Shown piece after piece: positions 37,561 through 49,988 of a stretch of DNA of 64,000 nucleotides (positions within the stretch are counted from its first letter, which is position 1; each line of letters begins with the position of its first letter). Position numbers and translations under genes: made by a program. Source of the stretch: Rhizodiscina lignyota (taxonomy: Eukaryota). The DNA is taken from the NCBI GenBank assembly GCA_010015805.1, contig ML978130.1:868001-932000 (forward strand), written 5' to 3'. Below the pieces are notes generated by a model, which was not told the origin of the DNA, searched no databases, and saw only the letters and a program-made list of their open reading frames with translations.

Positions 37561-40500
37561 ATGGAGCAGACCGCGCCTGACTGGCGGAGGTTCGACAGCC
37601 TCATTCGACGCGAGTACAAATCACGAACGCTTGAAGAGCTGATGCAATTCATGAATCGGACGCATGGCTTCAAGGCAACGTAAGCAAGTTTTCTCCCCCG
37701 TCTACTCTGAGTGCGTATGCAAGTGCTATATGCTTAAATTGACAACCTAACCAGGAAGTCGCAATACGAGAAACGTTTCAAAGATAATGGCGTTCGAAAG
37801 AAGCGTCCGAAGAGTGACTGGAAGAGTCTCGGGCAGTTAATTCGACGTCGCCAAAGCAAGGGCAAAAGGAGTGATGTCTACATTGACAATGAATTGGTTA
37901 CGGAGCAGAAGTTGAAGAAAGAGCTCTCTCATCACGGGCATATGACGGTCATTGAGCAGTTGGCTGCCGCTGAAGGTACCGGAGCTTACAGAATCCTTCT
38001 TACCTGGACTTACTCGGCCACGCAGCTCCTTCACCTCAGCCTCCTGCGGGTATTGATATTCTCACACCTGTGGGAGAGTCGGTTTCGAATTTTCTGCTTC
38101 GTAATCTACCTATTCATGAGTTTTAGCTCACAGCCGAGGCTCTATTTGGCAAGTACTCACATACTTTCTCTCTCGAGCGGATGACAAAATAGTTGGTCGC
38201 CGGCCAGGCTATACTCTGGTGCTGTTCAGAGTCTTGAAAATTGCGGCCAACTTTTTTGTCACTCTGCTGCCTCTTAGCTTCATGTTCTCATGTTTCATAT
38301 TAGAACCGATTGCCTCTGTTGGCCTCTCCTTGGGAACGAGTGTCGGAGGGCACGAACCACCTTTCATTCAGCACTCCCTCGAAACGATACTGCCCGACCA
38401 CTTCCCAGCATCATGGTTCGCACTGGACAAACCAAATAGGCCGGAGACGATTCCCATACTCAATATGACAATGTTTCTCCTCTCCAACAACCTTTTCGCG
38501 CCCTCTGAAGGACCCTCCATATTTGGACAGCTAAAGACCCATGGCCTCCTTCAATACCTTGATGTACTCTGCCTAATGGAATCAAGAACGGCCGAGTCAG
38601 TTCGAGAGACCCTTTTTCGCCTCGCAGTAGAGACTGAGGATGTCGTATTGACTAGGCGTCTGATAAAAGCTGGGGTCGATCCGAATGGTCCTCGTTGCTG
38701 GAATCTATCTCTAGAAAATTACTTGTCGCCACTAGAGTTTGTTTGTTTCTCTGGTCACATAGAAATGGCCTTAGAGCTGATGAAAGGGGGCACGAAGCTC
38801 AATGGTACCGGAAATATTTACACACCTGGAATCTTGGCCCTTACGATCCTGTATTTTCGCGACTACATAATCGGATTGCCAGAAGTCGGCCATTTAGAGA
38901 AGCTCATCGACCTTCTTAAAGTGATGATTACAGCTGGTGCGGACATCAACGCCTCGTTTCAAATTCCTCTCGTATCAAGTTTTGGCCCCCCTCTTGGAAA
39001 AGCTGCATATCATTTCGATAGACGGAGGTTTACGCCCCTTGAAGCGGCCGCGTCCTGTGGAAGCTTGCCTGTTCTGCTATTTCTTGTGCAAAACGGTGCC
39101 GATGTCAATATTATGACGGATAGCCGTCGTTCGGTTTTACAGTTGTGGCTCGATGGCTGGGCACATACTGGTAACGAAGACTTTTCCCGTGGACAGGGAT
39201 TTCGAATTCATGCTCAAATTAGCGAAGCCGAAATTATGGAGGGCATTGTAGCTCTTCTTGATGCAGGCGCACTTGTCAACGCTGCTGCTGGATTCGGGTT
39301 GGAACGCCCTCCTGTCGTTTCAGCCGCACGCTTAGGAGGCGATATTCTCAACTTAATCCTGCACCGAGGCGCTAAGATAACATCGAAGGAGGTGTGGCAA
39401 TCGGTCCAGAATCCCGCAGTATTCGCTGTGGGTTTGCATCTCGTAGAGTACGCCTTTCGAGATGACACCACTGCCATCGAGTCCATTTCACAGGCAGGGA
39501 TAGGGATTATTGCTGCGACGTGGACGGCGCTCAGTCCACTCTCAAAGGACAACATCCTTAGGGCCCTTCGGAGCAGCAACCAAACAACATCTATTCATTT
39601 CCTTATTGCGGCTCTACGTAATGAGACATTGTCTTTAATCGACAGTCTCGTGAGCTCAATCCAGCTTCATTTTGGATCTTCCACCGAGCTCCAGGAAGCT
39701 GTGGAAGAACTCAGTCACGCAGGAATGTGCTGTGGTATCTTGCACCTTGTCCATCATGGCGGCATTTACCGTCACAGCATGTTATTGTTCCTCTATCGAA
39801 TGATTGGCGATGTTATACAAGCTCGCTGTTACGAGTTGGTGGATATCTTGCTCTCTGAAGGGGCTGATATAAACGCCTCTATCAGTACAGGGCGGTACAG
39901 AGGACGGTCACCTCTTGTTGCTGCCATTGACATTCGAAACCTAGATCTCGCTCTGGAACTAATAAGGCGAGGGGCATGGGTTGTCAGGCCCGGAACTTGC
40001 GATGTCTGCAGTCAGGAGTCTCCCACAGCGGATGCTTTAGTTTCTGTGATCTATTGGGGAAATGAGAGGGTTATTCGAGCAGTACTGGAAAAAAGTGTGG
40101 ACTTGGACCTACCAGGCTACAACTGCAGCTACGAAAATCTCACTCAGCCATCATCATCATATCGGGCTGCTATTTACCACCAATCTCGCTATAGCACTGC
40201 ACTTGTTGCCGCTATAGAGTGCAGCAATTGGTCGCTCGTTCAACATTTGATCCAACGTAGCGCGAGCGTTAACGGACATCATCTTCTCGAACCACAAATG
40301 TCGGCACTTGCATTAGCTGCGCTAAGGGAGAACGACGAATGCGTCCAAATGCTTCTCAGTGCGGGTGCAAATCCTTTGGATTGTGAAGCGTTTTCCTATG
40401 GCAATGAAACCGTGACTACTATCCTGCTGCAATTGATGATATCTAGAGGCCACACTCAGGGTACCGAAGCCAGAAAAATTGGGGGTATTGTCTTTAAAAA

Positions 40501-41136
40501 GTCAATACAGCGAGGATGGTCGAATATCGTCTCAATGCTCACCACATACGGGATGAGCGGTATGGGTTCTCTGGCAGTGGCAAGAAATGATTGCACACCT
40601 TCACTTTCCTTCCTCCCATATCAATCACCACTACAGGAAGCTGTGAGGTGGAGACAGATACCACGCGTAAAGGAATTACTGGAGGGTGGAGCAGAGGTCG
40701 ATGGAATTACAAAACACAGCGGCGGAGACATGCAGACGCCTCTGCAAATAGCGGCAAAACAAGGGTACAAGGAGATTGTTGACGTTCTTCTCCAATACGG
40801 CGCAGATGTCAACGCCCCTCCAGCAGGGGACCGAGGTGCAACAGCTCTTCAGCACGCAGCGATTCACGGGTACCTGGGTTTAGCCCACATCCTTCTTGAA
40901 CATGGCGCAGATGTGAATGCACCTGGTGCAGAGGTCGATGGTCGAACAGCCCTTGAAGGAGCTGCGGAATGGGGTCGTATCGACATGGTCCAGATATTGT
41001 TGAATGCAGGAGCGGATTTAGGAGAAGGTGGTCGTGGCCAGTATCAGCGTGCATTGCCAGGGCCGAGAAGAATGGGCATCATGCTGTGAAGCGCTTGATG
41101 GAGGAGTATCATGGGAAATACTTCGATGGGATATGA
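37561..41136 (+). CDS. Clr5-domain plus multi-ankyrin-repeat protein, possibly frameshifted
   Basis: MEQTAPDWRRFDSLIRREY...HGFKAT, intron 37680-37754, then KSQYEKRFKDNGVRK (Clr5); ORF 38219-41089 has many ankyrin units (TPLQIAAKQG, TALQHAAIHG, TALEGAAEWGRIDMVQILL); exon structure at 37976-38340 unresolved. Confidence 0.8.
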
Positions 41137-41295
41137 AGTGAGCTTGCAACGAGCGTTGACGACGAATATGAATACGCATAATGAGTCCTTGGTACACTAT
41201 CGGAGTTACGGATTGATACGGACACATGCGGACATAGAAATGAATTTGGCTTGAAATTTCCATTGACTTTCAAAACCAGAACATCACATTCGCTC

Positions 41296-43653
41296 CTAGC
41301 AATACCAGTAAAAGTCCATCTGCCGATTCTGCAATCAACGCGTCAGCAAGCTCAGTTTTCGGAAAGGGAGAGAATGTAAACTCACAGGAGCCACCTGGTC
41401 AATACCACTCCACTCATTGTTGTCCCAATGCCCTTGGTTCGTATACGGCACACCGCCAGCCCAATTATCACTCGTCCACTGCGTCGATCCCGCGCTTATC
41501 GACACAATCCACGACTCCCACGGGACTTGAGGCAAGGGAGCCGGAACAACGAGGGGACTTCGCTTGTCCAGTATTCCATTCTTACTTTTAGTTTTGGTGA
41601 AAGTGCCGGTGATGTCGTACGGCAGTTTGGAGTCGCTGCCCTTGATGACGATGTTCTGGCCCCAGTCCACGGTGTACGAGAACACGGGAGTCTGCGCGTT
41701 GGGGAGCGGATTGCCCGCTCCGTCGAAGACAGTCCACTCAGAGTAAACGTTGTTTTGATAGCCCCAGCTCCATTCGTGCAGATGGAGACGGCAGGTTCCG
41801 CCTGTGTATGCCGGGGGTGGAGCGGAGGTGGTCGTGGGTGGCGGTGGAGCAGCAGTGCTCACTGGGAGGAACGTTGTCGTGCCGAGCTCGCAGGTGTAAG
41901 TGGTAGATGAATCGGTACCAACGGTGCTGCCAATGCCAGCCATCCATCCGTCGTTGCAGCTACAGACTGAGGTTGCAGACAACACGTCTCCACCTGATAG
42001 CGTCGTGGCGGCAAGGGAAGCCAGGGAACATGAGGTGATGGGCGGAGCTGAAGAAGTGGTTCCGCCCGTCGACAGTGGTACAGTTGGACCTGTGGAGAGT
42101 GGTACGGTGGGGCCAGTGGAGAGCGGCACAGTTGGACCGGTAGACAATGGTACAGTGGGGCCAGTGGAAAGCGGAATGCTTGGGCCGGTGGAAAGTGGAA
42201 CGGTTGGACCCGTAGAGAGTGGTATGCTTGGGCCAGTTGATAGTGGTACAGTTGGGCCCGTCGAAAGAGGTATGGACTTTGATGATGTGGCTCCAGTAGC
42301 GGGACCAGAGATCCCTGAGACTGTTGCGCCGGCGCATGCCGTAGGGAAAGGGAAAGTGAGGGATGTCATACATGGCATAAATGCGCCCAGAAATGCTTGA
42401 ATAGATGGGGATAACGCGACAACGTCACCGTCAGTATCATCGCCCTGGAAATCTTGATAGACCGTGATAGAAACGCCGCTCGCGGACGAGGTGATGCTAG
42501 TTGTTGTCGAGAAAGCAGTGATGCTGCAACCAGATACAGTAGAGGTACTAGTCGAACAGACTTCAGTCGTCGTAGTGATAGTTCCGCTTGTGACAGGCGA
42601 AGGCGAACATGTCACATAGAAGTCCTCTGTGACTGATGAGCTCGAGCATGAGCTAGAACTGGATTGAGAGTTGGACTGAGAGTTATTATCGTCGTCGTTG
42701 TTCTCCAACTCTGTCGTAAGCTCCTCGAGGTCGGACAGATCGCTCTCGACCGTGTTGACGAGGTCATCCGTGATAGTGCCGGTAATCTCTCCCGATATCT
42801 TGGTTACCGATGAAACGATACATGATAATAAGGAGAAAAGAGAATGGGTGCAGCCCTTGCTTGTGTCCTGGTCCGAGTCTCCTGAGATGTCGGACAATGT
42901 GTTTTCTACATTGTTCTTAATGTCGTTGAGCCCATTAATGACGGGACCAGTATCCTCCTTTGGATTGTTGATCCAGCCCACGATAAGTGGAAATATACTG
43001 CTGGAAAGCTCAGACTGGATAGCAGACTGAGACGAGCTCGCTGCGGGGCCTGTAGGAGGGATTGTGATCGTCGGGTAGAGTGGAATGGGACTTGTCGTCC
43101 CACCACCGCCGATAACTGGAATTACCGTTGCTACACCGCTAATCGTAGTCGTGACAGACTGTACAGGTGGCGGGACATCTGTGGGTGAGCCGGTACCCAG
43201 TGGAGGCGAGAATGGGACAGTACCTCCAGTTGACAGAGGAGGCGAGACTGACGATGTTACTCCGGTTGATAGAGGAGGCGGAATTGAAGAAGTCCCTCCC
43301 GTTGATAGCGGTGGTGAAACTGGAGCGGTTCCTCCTGTTGATAGAGGCGGCGAGACTGGAGCAGTTCCGCCTGTTGATAAAGGAGGCGAGACTGGAACAG
43401 TAGGTCCCGTCGACAACGGAGGAGAGACTGAGGATGATGCTCCTGTTGACAATGGCGGCGGGACTGAAGATGATACTCCGGTCGACAGAGGTGGAACAAA
43501 AGGTAACGAGACACTTGAAGAGGAGCTCGAAGAGGAAGAACTTGAAGTTAAGGTAGAATTGAGATAAACGCCTGTGCTACCTCCCGTGGGATTAATGGCA
43601 AGCGCATTTGCGAAAGAGAAGAGGCATGGTAGAAGCAAAAAGAGTGTGGACAT
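41296..43653 (-). CDS. Secreted Ser/Thr/Pro-rich repeat protein with Cys motifs and a Trp-rich C-terminal domain
   Basis: Signal peptide MSTLFLLLPCLFSFANALA; two PLSTG arrays; last intron (GTGAGT near 41385...GCTGAC...GCAG) adds terminal exon NRQMDFYWYC*. Confidence 0.8.
42065..42276 (-). repeat. Coding tandem repeat, 24-bp/8-aa unit P(T/S)(V/I)PLSTG x9
   Basis: Read from the translation; the DNA units differ mostly at third codon positions. Confidence 0.9.
43190..43497 (-). repeat. Coding tandem repeat, 36-bp/12-aa unit PPLSTGxxxxVS x9
   Basis: Read from the translation. Confidence 0.9.
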
Positions 43654-44580
43654 GATGGAGGACGTCTTGCCGATCTAGAAAGAAGATGGAGAAGAGAAAA
43701 TGAAGAGATCGACTCCTTTTGGCTTCAGGCCGAGACGAGTGATTCCTAAATGGAAAGCCAGCTGGATATATCGCGCTCATCAGCTGTCTAGTTACGGCAA
43801 GTCAATACAGACAGCTGGAGAGTGCTGGTGCAGGGCCCAGCGGCTGTGCCCTTTCATTTTCGCAACTGACGCCAACACGGGAGACAATTTCATGAGCTTC
43901 CAGGCCGATCGGAGAGTTGGATATCCAACTTTCCAAAAATACTAACTGTGGAGATTGCAGCTGGAAGACTTGTGGGACTGAGCGTGAATTCGCGCAGCCC
44001 TACGAGTGGCGATTGTTTCAAACACTCGGCGCTGGGGTGTGGAGGAGTTGAGGTGGTGTTTGTGTTATGGGGCGCAGGATTTAAGCTTTGGCGACGCAGG
44101 AACGTCCGGCTGATCGCAATTCGCGTTCCTGGCCACTCGTTCCTCCCGCCAGTCGCACCAACCCTCGTATTTCACCACTTCCAACGTCAACGCCGGGTAC
44201 CTCTTCCTCCCTCCGAGCCATGAGGATCTAAGCCCCCGTACTCCAATATATTCACTTGTTGCACATGGCTGAACTCCGCTGCCATCCGCCTCTCCAGTTT
44301 TTTTTAAATTAACCCCTCGTAGGCGTTGGACGGCTGAAACTGATCGCTATTGCGCAAGGGACCAGCTGTATTATTAGCGTTGGTACACAGGCTGGTAATT
44401 ATGCTCGTTGGACTCGGTACAAAATATCTACCTCCGCCCCATCTCTTATCGGCTGATCGCAGCGTCGCTTTATTAAAGAGTGCTGTTGGGTTCTTCAAGC
44501 GTGGAATATTATGTTTAGTGCCTTATTCCTCCTTCTGTCTCATTCTTTATTTCTGAAGACTCTTCTTTCGCTCCTTAACC

Positions 44581-45580
44581 ATGTTTCATAAGCTTCACAT
44601 ATATCTTGCGTTTGCGCTCAGCAGCGTCCTCCGGGTACATGCCGGGATACAATGGGACAACATTTACAACAGCTGCGGCGCACCCTCAGATACGCAACAA
44701 GGTGGTGCCGCCATTCTCTCTGATATGGTTAACATGGCCAAGGCCGCAGGAGGCTACATGGACAATGCCCAGGCGAATAGAGATGCGCCAGACCAATCCA
44801 AGCACTGGGACTATTATCGCGTCTTAACCCTCTATGACGCCCTCTTCGATGGCACACAACCGGACTCACAAAATAGGTGGAATACTGTGCGAGCGAACTT
44901 GAACACCATGGAGGGGCTTGCGAACAATCAACCCGATGTTTGGGTGTCTTGCGATGACACCACTCTATTCGGTATGGACACGGTTGGCAGCGTCAGTCGG
45001 ACATACTTCAAGGATCCATCCTCAAAGGCCAAAACGTACCTGGATAATCCTCCCCTCATGTGCGGGCAAGGTCAGATGGTCAACGGCCAGATGACAAACC
45101 AGATCGGCTATCGAACGACAATCAATGGCATCAATCTCGTCATTATCTGTGCAAAGCAGGCCGGCGGGGATATCACCTTGAGTCAACTGCAATACCAGGA
45201 GGGCAGCGATTTGTATATGCAGACTACGCTCTCTACTGTTGTCTTCCATGAGTTCTTACACGTCATGATCCCAAGCAGTAAGTTGAAGCTCCATCCTTCA
45301 GTAGAGTTAGAAATTCGTTGCTAACGACGCGACAGTGGTTGGCGACCAGGCCGGAGGTAATGCTCCTGGCGGTGAACGCTATGGATGGGACGGCTCAATA
45401 GCAATTCGCTCTTCGTATTCTCCCCAAAACCCTGATAGCTTGGTATATTTTGCGATGGCTCTTTCAATGGAGGAATATCTCTGGCACACTGGCAAGGCGG
45501 TCAGCCTTCCAACAATGTATCAATGGTTGCAGCAAAACCAGCAGACCACTCTCCAGAGCGCAGGCCTGCCGAAGCCTTGA
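44581..45580 (+). CDS. Secreted zincin metallopeptidase-like protein (HExxH, M35-like)
   Basis: Signal peptide; VFHEFLH; intron 45278-45335; then GD...YGW and NPDSLVYFA, resembling the aspzincin C-terminal motifs. Confidence 0.8.
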
Positions 45581-46007
45581 TTGCTTTGAAAAGCATTTAT
45601 TGGGATCTTGGGAGTTATGAAATAGCGTTTGATGTTTGCCTTTATGCTTCCAATGTCTGTACAGACGACTGTAGAATTTTCCATAAGACGCCCCGCGTCG
45701 GCCCAAGCCATTCTAGGTTGGCGCCACGTGGCCGACATGGATTAGCGGACAGGAATAAAGGGAACCTTCAGCCTTCAGGTTGACGTATGCCGTGCGTGTT
45801 CACATGTCGACAATAAGACGTAAGACGCCAACCAAAATGATGCTATTGAATAAATTCCTGTTAATAAGTAACGACGGGCGAGAAAGCTCACAAAAACCAT
45901 AAAAGCAGACAACTTGCAAAGTCGTTGAGTATACCCACTTCCAATACTCTCTGAGACACCGCTCGTGCATCTGCAGTTCCAGCTGCCACAGACCTTAAAT
46001 CTTCACA

Positions 46008-46938
46008 ATGTCTAGCATCTCCAATACAGTTGGAACGCCAGCAGGGAAGCCCATGCAGTCGACTGACTATGCTTTCACTGAAATCACGTCTTTCGAATTC
46101 ACACGACAGGTCAGCATCGAAGACGATACAACACCTGCCTGTCAGCTCTGGGCGAAGACGGTCGAAGCATACATTTCGCATGCTGGCACGACAATCCTGG
46201 CATGGGGCCGCGTGGTGGAGTCGCCTCAAGTGATCAAACTGGTCGTCGGTGAGTTGCTTGCCTTGAGCCATTTTGTAATACGCACTAATTGCTCGCTGAT
46301 AAGATTGGAAGTCACTCGAAAGCCGCAAAGACTTCACCTCCTCTCGCGAACTTGTCAAGCTCCGTTCGCAGTGGCACTGTGGCTCCACGCCGTTCCAGTC
46401 CCGCACCACCTCTCTCTTCGCGCTCCCGTCATATGCGCCAACCCGCCGGAACGTCTTCGCCCTCCCTAGCCGCTTCAGCGAGAGATGTGTCTCTGTGCTC
46501 CTTACCTTTCGTTTCTCGCCGTCCTATGACCCATCCGCCATTGACGAGAATGACGAGGCTTCGACAGCACCACGCACGAAGCAGATTGTGTTCGAGAACC
46601 TATGGGCTGCTCTGAGCAGGGCGGCGCTGCAGAGTGACGGAGGTGTGATCTCCAGCAGCGGAGCGCAGGGCTGGTATGTGGAGGAGAATGAGAACGATAA
46701 GGGCCAGACGAAATCATTTATCGGAATATTCAGGTTCAAGGATTTGGAGTCTGCGCACACCTTCTTCGATCCTCAGCGAAATAGAGATACCCATGACGAG
46801 GGTGTGATTGGCAAAATGCGAGGGATTGCAGATGCTGGCTTCGAGATTGAGTATGTGAGGATGATAGGTGAGAAGGGTTCGGAGCCGCCTTTCGAAGCCC
46901 GAAGCAACCCCTTTGTTGGAGGAGGTAAACTCTTTTAA
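46008..46938 (+). CDS. Hypothetical protein, possibly a dimeric alpha-beta barrel
   Basis: WGRVVESPQVIKLVV, intron (GTGAGT near 46249...GCTGATAAG), then DWKSLE, which reads through into ORF 46495-46938 (GWYVE...FIGIFRFKDLESAH). Confidence 0.7.
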
Positions 46939-47755
46939 GCTTTGACTCTGACCGTTCTTCGCTATTTCCGCCCAGGCGTTTGGCATGCGGACGGAGTTAT
47001 TTGTGACTTTGACTTAGGTCAAAGCGTCGGAAAAGTAGGCTTTCACGGGGATTATCTACATTTTACGTTGACGGCCAATTAAGAGTTTATTCTTGCTGAT
47101 GATATCTTCATTTCTAAGCAATCATTTTCCACCCTGAAAGTTTTTGAGACGGATCCTCGAAAATAGTCCATACGTATGGAGCCGACCCAGCCTGACTCCA
47201 GGATCCAACATAATCCGATATGCATTTGCTATCGCACATTGTGAACGCAGTCGAACAGATGCCAGCGCTGAAGTACGAATAAGCGAAGCCACCTGAACTT
47301 GGTGCATAGTTGGAGTCTGACGGGTAACAGGAAGCACATGTTTCTGTCGCCACTAAAAGATTGTATTCATGGTGATCCTGATCGTTCAGAGTCCGCGATG
47401 TGCAAGTCGGCATCAGAGTGAACGCTGTCGTCAGAGGCATGGATGAGAGGTTGCGCAATTGGTATACATACTGCAGGTACATGCTGCGAGATGCTCTATT
47501 TTTGTTCATATGCGACGCTCGGGTTGATGGAGGATCAGATTCTACTAGAGGTCGATGACATTCAATACTGCAGAGTGGGTTGAGGTGGCTTCTGCCGGAA
47601 TTGGCTGCTTCAATGTAACACAGTTCAGTTTAATGCAAAACCTCCTCAAACTTAGCGATACCATGCAATAAGTTTCTCAGATACTTGCGTGGAACAGTAC
47701 ACACCCAAGCCGCCGCTATGCAGACAAACACATTCCTCCACTCCCTACACTCTCA

Positions 47756-48427
47756 TCAAACCTCAAGCTGCCCCGTCCTAAGTCTCCTCTTGCACCTCAT
47801 ATCCACCATCTTCCACTCCAGTCGCGCAATCTCGACCCTCAGATACGACACGGCCTGCTTCCGCTTAGCCGCTGCAACCAGGTCAGCCAGGCCACCCTCC
47901 TCGCACACAAGCTCGTGCTCCATCTTCGCGACATGGAGCTCGAGGTCGGCCTTCCTCAGCTCCAGCGCGTTGTACTCCATCACCTCCTCGAGCGCCGAGC
48001 TGCCGTCCTCTTGTCTGCGCCTCTTCTTCATCTGCGGCGGCACGAACGCAGGAAGACCATTGCACTCCCGGACTCCCTCTTCGCCGAGCCCTTCCCTGCC
48101 CTCAAACCATGAGGGCACGAGCGGCGGTCCCTGGTCGAACCTTGTAGTTGAAGAGGCTGGTGAGGTGTACTCGACATTCGGCGTGTTGTTCAGGGCACGT
48201 GCGCCCCAGGGTTGAGAGAGGAGCCAGCCTGGATGGGTGTATGGATAGTGTTGGAAGTAGCGGGCGAACTCGTCCTGGCCGTCTGCTGGGAGGCGCGATT
48301 CCCAGAGATTGGGCTTTTCGTCGACGAGTTCGGTAGAGGGAATGGCGTCGTCGGTATGGGGGAGCAGTTCGTCGATTTGAGGCTCGGTGGTTGTGCTCAG
48401 AGGAAGTCCGTGATACTGGATAGTCAT
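47756..48427 (-). CDS. Hypothetical protein with C-terminal coiled coil
   Basis: 223-aa ORF, GC-rich third positions, NLS-like KKRRR. Confidence 0.55.
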   Translation of the reverse strand: MTIQYHGLPLSTTTEPQIDELLPHTDDAIPSTELVDEKPNLWESRLPADGQDEFARYFQHYPYTHPGWLLSQPWGARALNNTPNVEYTSPASSTTRFDQGPPLVPSWFEGREGLGEEGVRECNGLPAFVPPQMKKRRRQEDGSSALEEVMEYNALELRKADLELHVAKMEHELVCEEGGLADLVAAAKRKQAVSYLRVEIARLEWKMVDMRCKRRLRTGQLEV

Positions 48428-48934
48428 GTTGAGAGCTTGGGGTTGTGAAATGGTACGTGAGGAATGGTTATTTGTGTTGTATGCGAAAAGCTCGATTATT
48501 CTTAAATAGGATGTCTGAGAGATGAAAAGAACAGAAGGTGACGAGGAGAGCGAGACTTTAAGGGACGGTGTGGGCCAAGGACGTTAGAATCCATCACTCG
48601 ACCAGCGAATTTCTCGAAGAACGTTGCACTACTACCTAATTGCAATGTTGTGATAGGTTTGTACAAACCAGTCGAAGAGTGGGGTAGTAGTAGATGCACA
48701 AGTTAATTTTCATTTAAATCTGAGGGAGGTGTGGCTGTCCGCAACTCACGATATCTTAACGCCACCATCCTCCATGCAGATGAATGCATTGCCTCTATGA
48801 CCAAACAGCCTCCCAATTCGGTGGATGAACACCATTTCCGCGGTGAAATTTCAACCACATCCAAGCAAAACGCCTACTCAATGCATGTTGAAATCCAAGA
48901 TTCATCAGCCACGCATCATGTTCGTGCCATTCCA

Positions 48935-49988
48935 TCATCTCTTGCTGATGAGATTCAAGAATTCTTCTCGAGTCTTCGCGGTAGATCGCATGCGACCAAG
49001 CATACAGCTTGTCATGGTCGTCGCGCCAGTCTTCTGGACACCGCGCATCTCCATGCACAGATGACTGGACTCCATAACTACAGCAACGCCCTGTGGCTGC
49101 AAGACCTCTGAGAGTGCGAGTGCAACCTGCTTTGTGAGGCGTTCTTGGAGCTGTAGTCTGCGCGCAAACATCTCTGCTATGCGGGCTAGTTTAGATAGGC
49201 CGAGGACTCGACGATTCGGAATATAGCCAATATGCATCTGGCCTTGTCAGTCGTGTGCAAAATATGTCGAGACGACATGGGTCTACCTTGCCAATAAATG
49301 GGACCAGATGATGCTCGCAAAGCGAATGGATCTCAATGTCCCTCACAATGACGAGCTCATCGTGGTCCTCATGAAATACTGCTCCATTCACAATGTCGCG
49401 CAAATTTTCCTCGTAGCCCTTCGTGAAGAACATCACAGCTTTCGCATATCGATCGGGCGTCTCCAGTAGGCCTTGCCTATCCGGATCTTCGCCAATACAT
49501 TCCAGTATCGTCCTTATAGCCCCTGAAAGTTTCTGCAATCTCTCCTGCGCTTGTTCTGGTGTCGCATCCAGCCTGTCCCGTGTGCCAATGCTCGGCCAAC
49601 TCAGTCCATCGAAGTCTACGGTAGGATGCTGTGTGAAGGGGCTATGTGGTCGACTGGTAGCAGGTGTTTGATAAGTGTTATCCTCCCGAGGACTCTTTGG
49701 GGGGCTCTTCGGATTCTCATCGTCTACGCCATTTGCTGTTTGCTTCGTGCTTTGCTGCGATAGCATTACTGGTTCGGAGACATATGCGGGCTTCGGAGGT
49801 GATGAAGGGAGGTCGACGAGTTGCTTGCGGGTATTCGAGGATTTGATGGAGGAGTAGAGGTTCTCGCGCTCTTTCTTGTCGCGTGCTTCAGTGGCATGTT
49901 GGCTAGAGTCCCGCAAAGGGGATGTGCCGTTTGTGAGATAGTTTGGTACGGCAGACTTGGGCTTCGGTTGGAGTGGCGGGGAGTCCAT
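48935..49988 (-). CDS. FOL2: GTP cyclohydrolase I
   Basis: [25 protein letters not shown], intron 49286-49238, [15 protein letters not shown] and HLCMEMRGV. Confidence 0.97.

Noticed and set aside
48935..49988. Toxoflavin-type pathway linking the ToxA-like methyltransferase with the GTP cyclohydrolase
   Set aside because: Toxoflavin synthesis uses GTP cyclohydrolase II; this is the housekeeping type I enzyme, 43 kb away.
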